A model generated the notes under the pieces. That model had not been told where the DNA came from and made no database searches. It saw nothing but the letters and a program-made list of their open reading frames with translations. From Fimbriosthenelais zetlandica (taxonomy: Eukaryota), in contig OZ365112.1 of the NCBI GenBank assembly GCA_977030845.1, forward strand, positions 15,686,001 to 15,750,000: a DNA stretch of 64,000 bases, given 5' to 3'. Positions 1-15,325 of this stretch are shown piece by piece; positions within the stretch are counted from its first letter, which is position 1, and every line of letters begins with the position of its first letter. A program made the translations under genes and the position numbers.

Positions 1-3000
1 ATTTTTTCCACCTCTGTTGATGTACAACGCCCACACTCGAGTGTATAATTCACAACTTGTCAAAAGCCTCTTATCGCTTTCTGATAGGCATTGTATTTTG
101 TGTGTTTTTTCTTGTCAGTTTTGCAGGCAGACTCTTGTTTATTTTCGGGGGTGCAGTAGGCACGCTCCGAGCTGCTCTGTAAACGGGCTATCGCTCGTTC
201 TGGCTTGGATTACTGCTCGATTCCTCCCTGAACCCCAGGTGTGTTGAGATTTGCTGCTCACACATACATGCATGCTTCATATTGCCTGAACAAGGCCCAC
301 AGGTACAATCGCCTTTCACCAACCACAATGGTATACATTAAACCCTTTGATGCTAATACTACTAGTTACAGCATCAACTTACTTAATTGTAAATATGCCT
401 ATATAGGTGTATCTGTTTAAAAATGTTCCTTTTGTATACCGAATAAAAAGGGTTGTTCTCCAGCCATTGGCACTTGCTGTCAGGTTCAGTTCCCAAGTTA
501 CATGTCTAAAGAGGCATGACGTGTGTGATGTTTTAGACTTGCCCCCCTAGTGGGTGGAGCAAGTATTAGAGGAAGAGGGCAGGAGGCCTGAAAACACAAC
601 CCCTGCCAATACATTGTTTACATTGGCTGGGAGAAGTGTGTATTGTTGTAGATTTACATCTTTATCACATCTTGCCCCGCTAGGCTGATGGAATTCACAT
701 TGAGGATAGATACATTTACTCTCTTCCTCCCTTGCCCTATACAAGAGTTAGCTTATCATGTTCTCCAGTTGAAGTTGTGGGGTCGCTGGCCCCTGGACTG
801 ATAGACATCTGTGGTAACTTGTCCCGCCCAGATTCCTACATGTTTGATCCACATACTAGGTTGTATATACATGCATATATCTTTTGTCTTTTCTGTTTTA
901 CCCTTTGAATTATATGTAAGATCATATTCACTTGTGTATATACATGTACAATGGTCACTTATATAATCTATTACCACAGGGGATTTAGTATATAATATAT
1001 CCAACAAAAGAGATTGTGATAATATGTCTTATTCATGTTTGGATACTATTATGAATTATGCAGTAGTTTCTTTTACAATTGTACTGAGCCACATATTGTT
1101 TTTGGTCCATATTTTGCACATCAGTTGGTATGAGAGACAACAGTCTGAAAGCCAACAAGTGAAGATGTATTGCCTTCAAAGACGCCACATGGCATTCATT
1201 TGAATATATCAAACATGCGGTGAACAAAAGAGAAACCATCCTGTACTTCCACTGGATAGAACTGAGGATAATCTGCATGCATGTCACTTAATACACTTGG
1301 CTTGGCACTCGCCTATTGTTTTTACCATTAATTTTGTTCCAACACCTTGCACAAAGCAAGACAGGGCCAGATCTGTCGCTATCTTCATGTTGAAGCTGAT
1401 GGATAGACATCCCCCTATTAAAACTGACCATTGTTTGAGGCGTTGACAATAGGCATGGTACAAGGCGTTAACTGGTATAGAAGAACATGGTTTATGGACA
1501 TTAAATGTGGACATACTGGGCGTGTGCTCTAACGGGGCTTTGGTCACTCAATCTGAAAATAACAAGTAATTTTTGGCTCTGTAGAGAGTTTATCGCTCAC
1601 TCCCAGAGGTAACAAAATTTGAACAAGCCTGACCTCTTTGACAGATCATTGGATGATTGTCCTCTGAACGAATACCAAATGGTGAGCATTTATATATTAG
1701 CATGTGCTATTACAGAACGTGCCCTGACATAATTCCCCAAATAAGAACTGATCACAGATCAGAGATATATTCCTCATGTCCGCAAGTAGAGAACCACTTC
1801 TTTGAGCTAATGAATGCCTCGAGGGCTCCCATAGTCTGTGATCTTGTATACATTATTCAAAATACATTCATGGTGAAAAAAGACAAGGGCTGTTGGCCGC
1901 TAAGATGTCAATTCTTCTTGAATAGTGCCAACTACATTGTCCATCCCTTCTTCTTCACCTGTTGTATGTATAGCCAGCCTCTTTCATTAGGCCCGTCCTT
2001 CTACAGACCTCTACCCGTGGGGGTCAGGGACTGTTGATCTTTGAGGTCACCAAGACAACACCATTGTGGAAACAATGGTGAATCCTTTCCACTCAGAGAA
2101 TTTTACATTTTCAACACCCCGAGGGTTAGCGTATGGCTTTGGTCTCCTGGGACGACACAAGAAACCGTATATTGGACCAAAAATAGGCCAGCTTTAAATA
2201 TTTATTTCAGTTTAAGAACGCCGTATGTCATTCTAGGACATGTTAACATGTTGTGGTGCACAACGGTTTCCCCCCACATATCCAATAACTTGAATGTTGT
2301 TTTAAACACAGACTTTAAAAAGATCTTGATTAAAAATGATAGCTCCCTAAGGGTTAAGCTAAAAGTGGTCATTAGCATGTTCAAATGCCTGGGGCAGTGT
2401 TGTCAGTGACCAAAAGAAATGTCAAACCAGCCTCGAGGTGACATCTGCCGGCAGTTAAACGCGTCACGGATCCAAAGGTCAAGGTCAGAGAGCCAAAAGA
2501 CAAAAGGTAAACCAGTTGACACTGAGAATTTATGTTCCACTCACAGCAAATCAATGATCACAAGTATTCATGATCTGCTACATGAGAAGATACCATGGTC
2601 TTGGCTTTCTTTGACTCTGTACGTGACGCGGCTAAAATGATGTTCTTTTCACATAGAGCCTATAGTTAATCAGGTTTATGCATTGAGCTAGATTCCGGCC
2701 GGCATCTTTCGAGAAAAAAGAGTTAATTTTCTCAGTTTAGGATCATTTCTCCACTCATAGATGGAAAAAGTTGCTACAAAGAGCTCAAATTCACTGTTCC
2801 ATATATATTATGAACTTTTCATTAGAATGAAAAAAGGTCCATATATAGTACTCTGGTCTCCCCCGCCCCTCACCACCACCCCCTAACCAATAAAAGTAGG
2901 ATGGGAAGCATTTCATTTTCTGTGGTAATAGCGGCAAGTGTTCCTTGGGACAACACTTATTACCAATAACTTGAAAGCCGTTAAGGCAATCTTTGGTTAT

Positions 3001-6000
3001 TAAAGCCACTGTAAAAAGACATATGCCTAAGGGGTTGAGATACTTAGGCATATCTCTTGGAGAATAATGTGTTTGTTTTGACCTAGACGAAGAGGAAAGT
3101 ACTTTAACTTAATGCCCCAAGACCCCAGATATTTTTCTCATCCGTCCATAAATCATTCAGCTATATGGAGGATAACCAGCATGTTATAAGGGCGTTATAA
3201 GCGTCTGTATGATTAAACTTATTAAAGCTGAATAGAAAGGGAGTGGAGCATGCCATTTCAGTTCATCAGGGATCCACCCCATCTTGCTCTAGCTACTCCC
3301 CTAAGCGTTTATAGCCTGCGTGTAGAGGTGATTATCTAATAGAGACGTCTGGCTATGTAAATGTAGATAGATCCCCATGATAAGATCCCAGCATGAAGCC
3401 CATAATGCTCCTTGCTGAATGTAATAATACCTTGTGTCAACCTTCTTGGTCTTGGCTTGCGCCTGCCTTTGCCTCAACGTACAACATTGGTTACAATACC
3501 CTACCATACCGCGCTGATTGATTATCATTAGAACGACTCTGCGTGCCGCAAATGTTTTTGATGTCTTTAACACAGCATGGTCTCGAAGCTTAAGTACACA
3601 AAAAGATGAATAGTCTTGACTTTGACAGTTACTTGGCACATCACAATATTCCAAGTTCGTAAGGTTAAACACCCTGCAGACTGCTATATATGTATGCTGC
3701 TTTAACAGTCGCATGCCCCCTTTACACGGGCATTAAAACGTCCCTGACACACCGCTGTGGTGGCCCCGTGAATGCAATTTTTCAATTTCGAGTGTGAAAT
3801 TGAATTACTCAGGGATTCACTTGGTCCCGGTCGGGGACCCTGTTTGGACCATGATGAATCTGAAACAATAGTACATGATGAATGCCCTATTCTCTGAATT
3901 ATGTGATCATTTTTGGTCGTGTTGTCAGTTACCAACATTAGAGGAAAAAAATTAAGTGGAACTTACATTATGCGTTCCTGACACAGATTGGCAGTTGTTT
4001 GCTTTTCACATTGGCTTCTGGCATGTTTTGTGTTATACAATGATATACAGTCTCTACATGCAAACCATCAGGAAAATAGTCAAATAAGTTGACTGAACTA
4101 ACATGGCAGCAATAGGGCAAAGGGCCCCATTGAAAAAAAACATATTAATTGTCTGATGGATTCCTTGTTTTCACAGCCAATCCAGGGCAAATTGTTTTAT
4201 AATTCACTACACAACACTATAAATAAAGGCTCACCTTTTCATTTCCCTTACTCCCAAGATTTTTATTGGTGTGATATCTGGTCATTAATTTTCATAAGTT
4301 TACATTACGTCGGTGCTGTAAAGATTGAGTATAAAGACCAGTATTAAGCAGTTTCATTATAAGGGTATGGTTACTGTCCACAACTTTGACTACTTAACCG
4401 ACACCAGATGAGTCATGGAGGTGGCCCTTATTTCACCATTTTCATTTTTTACTGTCCATCATTATTATTCAACTCCATTATCTATTGTTTTTCCTGTTAT
4501 TATTTATGAGCACTTACAGACAATGAATATTGTTTGGTAATCGACCTTGAATGAGGCATTATATGTGATTAGTCAATAAATAATAAAATAATTTAATGAA
4601 GAGGATAATAGAGAGTTGAATATTAGCCATCGTGTGTGGTCTGACACAAGTGAGGGCATCATTTCTGACGGTAACACATGTAAACATGGTGAAGTATGAT
4701 ACATATGAAGCAATATCGACATCAACTCCTGGATAATCTCCCACGGAAAACCATTGGCTAGAACTGCTTAGAACGTAGATCACCTCCCCGAGTATACATC
4801 CATAGAGGCGAAGTGAAAACATGACTTTCAGGCTGACAAATATTGAGGGGTAAAGTTATAGACCGAGCTACAAGGGCAAAGGGGGAGCCTTGCCGCTCTG
4901 CTTTTGTGGACAAAGGTGGGCTCTTCTATATTCAGGTGGGGCCCTCGATTGTTTGACATTCCCCTTCAGCTGAGGTCCTTACAAAGACTTAGGTCGGAGT
5001 TGCTGTTGACATAGGCATATGTTGATACACCACAATCCCCATCTAAACGGGTTAGCAGCTAAAAAGGCCGGGCTATAGAACAGACGAAATCGTGGTCTTA
5101 CTCCTTAACCCGGACGGACAAAGGGACGATAAACAAATAATGCATTCAACAGCAGGAGAAAGGTGGAATATGCGATAATGTATATCTTATATAGGATTAC
5201 TAGGCTCTGATTCTGATGGGGTGGTTGTTTATTAAAGACGTGGAGAAGAGAGAGTCTGAGAAAGAGTTAGGGGAGTGTGTTAAAATGGGAGGAAGGGGGC
5301 ATTGCAAGGATGCAAAGGTAGACCTTGCATAGGTCGTGTTCAGTTGTTTATATGTTGCTCTCGTCGTTTACTAAACTCTGAGCCAAGCAATGATGTTTAT
5401 CCTTGACAAACGGGGTCGAATTATCTCCCACTGCATACGAGATGGAACACTCTTTTCCACTAGGGTTATCAAATGATAATATTCGTGCCCACATTATACC
5501 TACAAATACTGGAAATATTCCATTCATATGTATATCATAAGTAAATCATTGCGAAAAATATTATTTTTTATCCAACGTATATACCTCTACAGTTTTAAGG
5601 TCCATTTGGTGATGAAATATTATTATCACGTATACTCATGCAAGTAAATGGAATCCAGATGTGAACTGGTAATAAGGGCATGAGCAAAAGCATGTAAACT
5701 CAATGGTCTTCACATGTTCGAGACCAGCACTTAAGATGCTAATCCAGCTAATGAGATTACAATGTAATAGTTTCCCCTGTGCTGTTATTATCACAGACAT
5801 ATGTATATCTAAATGTTACTGGGCAAAGATTCTAATGGACTGGAACTTGTTGAGATCGACTGGAACTGTAGGGAGATAAGTAATGTGTTGAAGAGGTCCA
5901 CCTATTAGCAATGGTACCTTGATTTATGAGGGAGAGGGAAGGAGAGTGAAACAGGTCCATTGGCCACGAGTTGTCAGTTTACACTGTATATCATCAACCA

Positions 6001-9000
6001 GTGAGATGTTGGTCGTATACATGTATCCTAGACTCTTAAGTGCCTTCCAGGTGATGCAGTTTAGAATGAATGGACTATACGCTTGTTACTTTCCTTAAAT
6101 CCTTTGTCATTTATTGCATTTTATGTATCAAAGATGGGTTTGGAGTTGTGTAGCTATGGGATTAGGATATCATAATATTATGCCACAAGCCGAGGACTTT
6201 GCTATTGTTCTTAAATACAGTTACGGCATTGACATTATGGATCCTTTATTCCAGGCCATGTCCGTGTTTAACGATTCCCATCATTCTCTTACTCAAAAAA
6301 TAGATTCATCACAATTTGTAAACGCCTATTAGCAGAGAATAAAAAAGACACAGGAATGCCAGAGTTTTTCCTCCGCTTGGCAGAGCTAACTATCATTACT
6401 ATCATTAGATGTCAAATATCCAGTCTGCCCTCCAAAATATAACCCGGTAAACTAACGTTAATTTATAGTCACATATTGTTTTCTGTCTCAATGCCTTCTT
6501 GCTTGCATCCATAATCATACACAGGAAACATAATTCTCCGATATTAAATACACTCCACTTATGATCAGGAATATAGCAGTGGGATATCATTTAAACTAAT
6601 TAGATAAGTCTTTATGGAGACTCCTCATGGCTTGGCTAGGTCATTGGAGTTTACCTATAGCAAAGGTTGTAATTAGTAACATATTAACCCCCATTGCTCC
6701 ATATTATTTGGTGGTCCCGGAGACGCAAGAAGAAAGAGTGTGAAGTGAGTTAGGGCTGCGATACATTAGGTAACAAAGGCGGCTGTTTTGACTGAACTTG
6801 TCAGCGAACACGAGAGGTTCAGTATGAAGAAGTGTGACATGTTATGTTCCACAGACTAACTGTGAAGAAACCAGAATCCTCAGCTAACAGCTGGCTCTTA
6901 TGTACGAGTTGTTAGTTGTTGTCCCAAGCATGTAAATACATTGTGACCTTGCAAAAAGTTGTAGCACTACATTGTGATGGCGGAAGATTTGATAACAGAG
7001 ATCAAGACATGTAGATTTCTACAAGTGTCCATATGATTCCTATATCATAGGATGGGAAATATGGGCAAAATATTGCGGTTATAGGCTTTGAAAAATAATC
7101 ATTTAGTTTTCCCCCCGACATTATGATTGATACCCATCAGTTAATTCAGCCTTTAAGATTAATTTTGTAACAAAAGATCGGCGTAATGATGTTGCTTAGT
7201 AGGATCTGAATTTCTGTGAGAAAAATTGGAAGAGAACTTGTAGAGACTGCGCTAGTAGGCCCACTATATGCTTGGTGTCCAGGTGTTTCACTGCTGATTA
7301 CCTTTCAGTGTGTGTGAATCCAGTCAGCCCACCCATGCAGCTACATAAGCTATCTTTTATAATCCCCCTTCAGACCTTTACTTCTTCATAACCCCTCAAC
7401 AATTTTTCATATTTTTCAATCACTGTGTTCAAATATTTACTCAACAGTGACAGATCCTCTGTTGATTGACTTGAATATTTTGCTGCTACACAAATTTGTA
7501 ACACCGTCTGCATAGATTTTCAGCAGCTATTTGATTATTACCAGGTACAGTATCTGGATGAAATTATCGCTACGTATAATTTTGTAGACAATTTTAGTAC
7601 CCTTAATCATGCCCACCTTCGATTAAAGGAGCCTTCGCCAAAATCCCTTTGAAAATTAATAGTCTAGCTTCATTTCAGAAAGCCCCTTTTCGACTAGATT
7701 TTAGTCAGGTCAGCAGCTGAAAAGAACTAATGAAAATTTCGTATAAAAAATCTCTACATGAGAAATCCAGCTCATCGTATCATTGGCCATTACTTTGCCA
7801 AGATAGCCGAGATGTGTATAGATTTCTCCTCGTTCCATCCTCACACTTGCCTGTACTCTCCACCTTGCTGTCTACCTGCCAGCTTCACACTCATTTTTTC
7901 CTCTTTACCAAAATGTCACTTTCATTGGGTTGCATTGAGCTAACGATATAAAAGAGTAACCCAATAATCACCCTCGATTGGTGGTGTCACTTGAAAATAA
8001 ATATTTTTGCTATATTAGCTCTACAAACATGTTCACCGTCATTTGCCAGCAGTCAGATTGAGTTCATCTCATTTTAAGAACATTCACTAACAGTGTACGA
8101 TGGACATCGATAGGTCTGGACACCTTTTTCATCACCATTGAGTCTGACACATGTTTACGACCGTACAACATAAGTCAGAATGATTATAAATAATGGATAG
8201 TTATCATTGTAGCTATTGACTCAGGTGGGACAATGGAGGTCATATGCAGAGCAGCGATGCCTCCTGTTTAAAAAGGGGCTTTATACACAGAGAGGATGCT
8301 GAATTCATGACTGGCTAGAGGGTGACCCTGGCGCAACGACCTACATACTATATGGGAGGGGTGGTGTTTTGTTTTGGTTAGGGGAGGGGGCATAGAGCAC
8401 ATAATAGGTCATAATTCTATTGTGATTAATCACAGGGCATCTCATTGTGTAATATTACCTAAAGATATGTTGCTGTTAGGATATTATGCACAGGCCATTT
8501 GAGAGTGGAAATTCCTATGCTCCATGACAGAGTAATTTCCGCATCAGCAACTCGTATTGAAACTGGTATCCCATAGACTGGTATTGCTGAGCATTCCGGT
8601 TAACCTATGTTATATTTTATTGTCTGACATTAACAAATTAAACTAGAAAATACTTAAATTATCCATGTCCTAATTTTTAAACAATTTATATATAAAATCT
8701 AGCATATGCTGGATGATAAACTCTCCGACCTTTACTTTCTCAGTGGAGACATATGCTTGGATGGTGTGTGGTATGCATATACGTCCAAAGGTCAAGTGTG
8801 TGAAAATTTAGATGCACACAAGACATACATTTTTTTTCAAGCGAGCTATCCCGCAAAACACACTTTTCTTCTTCACCATAAACCTCTCGAGGTATCTGTT
8901 GGTCTGAAGTGCAACCCACTTGCCTCCTCATTCCCACTTTACTCCCCTATTTCCGCTTCCTGTCATGTTTAGATTTTTTATCCATCAGGATATCAGCATC

Positions 9001-10827
9001 TGATATTTCCCCCAATGATATCTCCAACTCTTCTTGCTGTTTGAGGATTCTCAATTCTAGTACTCGTCGCCTGAAAGTCTGGCTTTTCAATTATCTTGTA
9101 CCATCCTCAGCTTCTGTGTGATATTATCTCTAAATTTCACAGTTTTCTCTTCAGACACAGGGGTCATTTCCTGCATGCTGCTTCTCTTAGACTCTTGCAA
9201 TTCTTTGTAGTTACCCTCATTTGGAAGTGATTCCATGGTTTGTTTCGATGCTGAGAGATTCATGGGAGATATTCTGAAGGAGGATTTTTCGTGTTCCCCT
9301 GTTTAACCTTTCACTTTTTCATTCATTGTGAAATATACTGCTTTTTCAAGCCTCCATCTTTTTCATGCTTATTATTTCTTATGCTTTTGCAATCATTTCT
9401 TCGCACTACTCCCCCATTCGTGTAATAATTCCATGCCAATTTTACCATGCAGTTTATCGCTAACTCTACCTTTCTCCTTTTCAGCATCCCTATAGTTTCT
9501 TTCAGCCTTTCTCTCTATCTACAAGGAGCTTCTGATAGCATCCCAGGGCACGTAGTACACATGATAATGAAGACTGTTATTGAAGTTATGATATATAGAA
9601 TGTAGTGATAGATGGATGGAGAGATACATCAGTCTAGATCCCTTTCGTACAATGACTAGATTGATTTTTTGATCCAATTTTGCAGTACGTCCAATTCTTC
9701 AGATCACTACCTTTTTGCAGGGTAAATGCAGTATATTATGGTTTCTGTTCCGACCTTCTACCTACCATAGTGTTACATATTCCCCTTTATTTATCCTCAG
9801 CTTCTCTCCATCTTTTCCTTCTACCCTCTATACCTTCCTCCACTTCCACACCCATCGTTTCTCCACCCTCACAGCCTAGAGCTAGCACGAATGTGCTCAA
9901 AGTGTCATTACCCGATAGTGGAATCATACATCATGCCACCTGATGAGGGCGACTAGGGGAGGTCTACTCTCCCCGAGCCCTCACCAACAACCCATCCCCA
10001 ATACGTGCCTCCAAAAAAGTGCACTATAGACCCCTCCTTTCCCTCCCCTCTTCACCTAGAATCTGTCTGGATCTACTGAACATGGGCGAGAAAAACATGC
10101 CATGATTGATTCGCCCTTGTTCCTGGCCTGAATGAAGAATCTTCCGACGTACCTTGTCTTTTTACTGACTCCTCGGGGCAACGTTGATGATTGTTAAAGC
10201 CTTTTCTAACCTTTTGGTTAACATCTGTGTTCCGGAATGTAGGAGGCAATAGGCCTGATCTTATGGATTCATTTGTATTCTTGATTGTACATGTTTAAAT
10301 TCACTGCTTGCTATTTTACTTTCCCTCCTCCATTGAGTACCTGGCAAATAAAAATGTCTTTTCTACTTGACCCTTAGCATCTCAAGGCAAAGCGAATCCT
10401 TGAAAAGCCTCTCCACCGCTGTTCACTTTAAAAGGGTGAACGTGACCTGAAAAGGCAAAATATCTTTTTTGCCCAAATCCTCTGGGCCCCAATGCACCCT
10501 ATATATGCAGGGCACTTGAGGCTCTAGTCCATTTTCCTGGTGGGATAAAATAACCTAAAGAAATGACAGTAGTATATCGAGTGGGTCGCTGAAGGTTCAA
10601 GAACTACACAAACACCCTTATCCATAGCTCTCTCAGCATCTTTCCGGTACTTTTTTGTAACTAGTTGTGTTATGGGTCAGACCTAACACTTTGTATTTCT
10701 GTTTAGAAAAGGGAGCTATTTGGAATGCACTCCACGGTCATATCTGGGCAGGTTCTGTAAGTTTTAACATGCTAATCACTGACATGCCATCTGTAGGTCG
10801 GGCCTGGCTCAGGTTCCCAAGTCTCTA

Positions 10828-10901
10828 CCCCCTGCCTCTAAAGAGCACCCCTTACCCCCTCTCACACCCCACTCCAACACCCCATCTCTAACCCAGGCCC
10901 C
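10828..10901 (-). other. C-run cluster (G-quadruplex potential on the - strand, i-motif on the + strand)
   Basis: Seven C runs of 3-5 nt, at 10828, 10848, 10855, 10867, 10880, 10892 and 10898. Confidence 0.5.
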
Positions 10902-13900
10902 TCTGATGGGCCTCTCAACGTTGCTTTTCTACTTCTTCTTTCCCGGGCAGAGGGGAAGAAGTACATTTGTTGCTGTCACCAGATAAGAGTTGGAGGCAGG
11001 CAACCCGCGAAGACCCAAATCAACACGTTTTTTCTTTTATCCTCCCCTCGTTTTATCTTTCGTGCATGTCCCATTCCTTGCCCTGAGTCGAAAATCTTGC
11101 CACCTCAGATATTTAACTTCAAGTTCTACTTAAATGATATGAAGACTGTCCATTATATGAAGAAGAGAGTTACCTGTCATGGGATGAATTCCATTGTTTC
11201 GAGCTTCATATCTTGCATTCTGGTCCGAAATTTATGAGAATATCTACATGAATGCCAAATTATTATAGTCTTTATTGGAATATGGATTTCTCTGAATGCT
11301 TCATTCATATATATCATTGAAGGATCTGAAAAAGATGTGTCAGGTTTGGTCTGAAATGTCAGGAGAAGGGATTAACGAGGGAAAGGGTCATTAATCTTCC
11401 GGGTATATCAGCTACATAACTAGCAGATTAGAACCTCCATCCACTGGCCAACTGATCTGTCAACATCTACCACGCTGCAATGATCCTATCATTAGAACAT
11501 ACTTTGATTAGGTCAGTGTTGGTCTGGCTTATCATTAAGAATGCACCTCAAAGGTGGATGGTTAGAATGTTATTCACCTGGTCAGAGGTTGTCTTGGGTT
11601 GAGGTTATATTTCCAGGAGCCCAGAACCTTTGGGATCTGGCGCTGGGGATTAGGGGGCTGATTTGAACTCTACCTGACCAGGTATGCATGCAAGCATCAG
11701 ATGGGCTTGCCAGGACCACAGATGTGTAAATGTGGGTGTATAAGTGTGGGTTAGAGAGGTGGAGTGCTTTCCAAGGTTTCAAAATAGCTCGCTCCTAACC
11801 ATGCAAAACACTCCCAGAAACCTCATTAGATCCAAAGGTTTAAAATGTAAATTATTTCCCCCAGCATAACAGTCCATGGTGAACCATGAAGGTGTGTGTG
11901 TTGGCGGGGGGCGGCTTGATAGATGGATTATAAGTGTCATCATTAACTGTTCATTTGTCAATTACTGCATTGCTGATGTACAGGAAGGAGTTGCCCCATT
12001 ATTTGAAAGTCCAACGAGATTTAAACTTTTACATGAGTTCCCAACTCTGCCACGGAAGGTCACTCCTAGAAACTGACCTGGTTGACCTTCTTAACCCCGT
12101 TACAAGGTCATCTGGTGAGGTCAGTGAAACCACTGGTAAAGAAATGCTGCCAGGGTTGCTTTGAATTAAAATTTATCATCATAGATATGGATGCACTATG
12201 ACGCCTGTGGCACTCCCCTCGAGTTTGTAGTGGAATTTTGGTGTCACTTTCCAATTCCCTTCCAATCTTATTTCTTGGAGGTCACATGAATGTCCACTTA
12301 AACTTTTAGTAGACACTTTTAGATTCGTCCTGTAATTTTTCCGGGGTCAAATGAGTTTCTGAAACTAGGGTTTTGAATGTGAAATCTCTATATAATTATT
12401 GTTGCTGCATAATGTGGAGTCTTTTTCAGCATGAAAGCAACAGCGATAATCAGTCTGTCCTCGCTAAACCCGAGGCGCTCGCTGAGTAGATCTAAATTGC
12501 TCGGGATAGCTATATCTTTATAAGCAAAACCATAGAGTAGAGAGCTTGGCCCCAATAGAATGCTTGTGTGTTGGGAGAAACCCTAGACTTTGGCTGACAG
12601 AACTGTTACCAGTGAACAGCCTCAGTGTTTTTGTGTCGTGGGGTAAACGGATACTTTGTATATAGAGTCGGGGTGTTCTAGAGTGTGCCAAGCATTGCAA
12701 TGGTCTGCCATTTTTTCACCTGCCAGCAACTGAGGTTCCTTAACTACATAATCAAAAGGTGTAAATAGGCACTAAGGCCTTCTTTAGAGAGGCTTGAGGG
12801 TGAGCTCTTACCTCACAAGAGCTTGAGAGCGCTCCAATTACCCCTGCTCACTTCTTGTTTCTAAGAGGGTCAGATTTTGTGAGAGGACTTGTTTGCTTTG
12901 TAAATTATTTGACATATACTCAGCTTGGAAGGAACTGAGCACAGGTACAAGTGGGATACACACTGTTACATGAATGTCTCCTGAGCTTTGTTGTACCCTG
13001 TATGAATATCAGGCTTATCGGAATTATTCTCTACAGAGCTGCTGTCAACTTTAAGATCCTAACGTTCGGAAACAAACCATTCCTTCGTTATAGGAAACAA
13101 ACAGACTACAGTTAATATTGCAAAATGGCTCACTTAATCATCTTCATGGTACAGAGCTGCCAGCCCAATGCCATCAAGTAAATCAATGCGGTCAGCCAAT
13201 GACCAATCGATACCACTATGAGTCCAATGCTGAATACACAGAGCATAACCCAAGGACATCCATATACATGGGCACAATTGCATTGCGGGATGTAGAACAA
13301 ATGAAGGATGAAGCATGAGTCAGAGGAGATAAGCACAGCTGATAAGGTGCACCTCCTTACTCCCAATCTGCCGTTGGGTATTGCATCAAATGCCTTACCA
13401 TCAGATACCAAGGAAATTGTCTTTTGTCCGCCCGGAGATATGGGAGATAAGAAGATTTTGGTTAGATCTCAAATCAGGCAGTCGTACCCTTGGCATTTTT
13501 CTTTTCCGTAATGAGTTTTTGTAAGAATTGTAGGAATAGGAATCTGGCTGTGATAGTTTTGTATAAATTGCTTGCTTCCTGTTACATGCAATGCACGTTA
13601 AAAAGAGCATGATGGACATCCTTGCTATATTCAGAGATAGTCTTTATCATTGGGAGTTGGCGGCATTGGAATTTAACAAATGTGGCTTGCTTGATTTGAT
13701 CTGATATGGGATGTGAATAATTTCCACTGCAGAACGAAAAAAGCAACAACTTATAAAGCCCAACTTCCGAGTTTATATGAAGACACAGACCCTCGATTCC
13801 GATAAGCATTCTTGAGAAAAGACTTATAATTTTTTTTAACCTCTGGAATTTTCTGCTATAAATATTTTCCTATTTTGTAAATGCAATATCCAGATTAATA

Positions 13901-15325
13901 AACACGGTGGTACTTGATGAATGAAGCCTTATCTAAACAATTTTATAATTGTCCAACAAAGGTGGGAGGAATGTTATGTCTGTCCCCGTGAATGACTGGG
14001 ACTCTTATAAGCATTGGTGCATCTTTTTTGTCCTCCATATTTCCATGGCATGTGCTCCATGGAACCCCCTAGCATGATGTATATGAGAACTGTTGTTCAG
14101 AGATAAATATTAATAGAAAAAGCAGCATTGGCATGCTTACATGCGCCATGCACCACCGTTCCACCATTGATGTTATGTGTATGCTGCACATATGTACATG
14201 CACGTGTTGATTTTGGATAAGATTTCTTTTCAACGAGTTAATCCTTTAGACATGGTTTTGAATGTAAGATTAATTTCATTGTTATTTTATGGTCGCTCGT
14301 CACAAACTTTACTATGTGGCTTAATCTCACCAATTTTCTGTCCATCCAATTGGAACATTATCCGTAATCATCTGCCCAGTATGCTTTTATGATTGGGCGA
14401 ATGTAAATAGATGCCAAGAATAATCAAAGGACAAAATCATAATCTTCCTCTTGTTCCTGGCCTTGTTATGATTGGATAACCAGGGTTGCCCTCACATACA
14501 TCACTTTGGCAAGAGTAGAAATTTCCTGTCGCTGCTTTATCTAAAACTAGAATGAGTTAGGCGTCAATAACTCACTAGCTTATCGCCTGGCATGGTCTTC
14601 GTGGGGAGCAGAAAATGGAGCAATTTCATTTGAGAGAAAACATAGCCAGAGGGCAGAGTCTGACTAGAGATTAGAGACATGTATGAAGTCTGGATGGGCA
14701 GGAGGCTGGAGAGAGATTATTTAGACACAAGAGTGTACTGTGGCAAAACAGAGGGTTCTGATTATTGTCAGATATATAATATTACCTTGGAGGTTTGCCT
14801 ATATAATTAGGTATATGAATGATGGATGGACCATTATCGCAGCTGCAGTTAGATTGGGAATTTCAGTAGATCTCCTTTCTTTAGATTTTGTTTCATATCC
14901 AATCTGCATGTTGGAATGTACACATGTATGTACATGTGTATGTCAAAATGAATATATGAACCATGATTTATATCAACATAATGTAAGAAACGGTAAGCAA
15001 TCTTACTCTGTCATTTCCGTATAGTAATGATTCCTAATTAATTTCAAAATTAATTTGGCTAGTTGGTTTCAAGACTGCCCCCTGAGACTTCAATATGGAG
15101 TAGAAATAGCCTCCCTAGAATGATAGGCATGAGAAGGCGGGGTCTGGAAAAGGGGACCCAGTGTGTGTGTATATACATTTAGCGTGAGATCAAGCCAGGG
15201 CCAGGGAAGAAGCGACAGAACTGGTATTGTTTGTGGGTATAGTTGGGTGGTGCCGTTTCTGATATGACACAGGTGTTCTGGACCAAACAGACCAACAACT
15301 GTTTAGATTATATTTTCAAATTGGT

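Noticed and set aside
3305-3745. Weak inverted similarity (CGTTT..CGTGTA / TACACG..AAACG) around a CpG-rich block
   Set aside because: Too gapped and mismatched to call terminal inverted repeats by eye.
14919-14940. 10-bp-stem hairpins (14919-14940, 18181-18210) and isolated 12-bp palindromes (33-44, 24625-24636)
   Set aside because: A rough estimate gives one to two such stems and about twenty such palindromes by chance in 64 kb.
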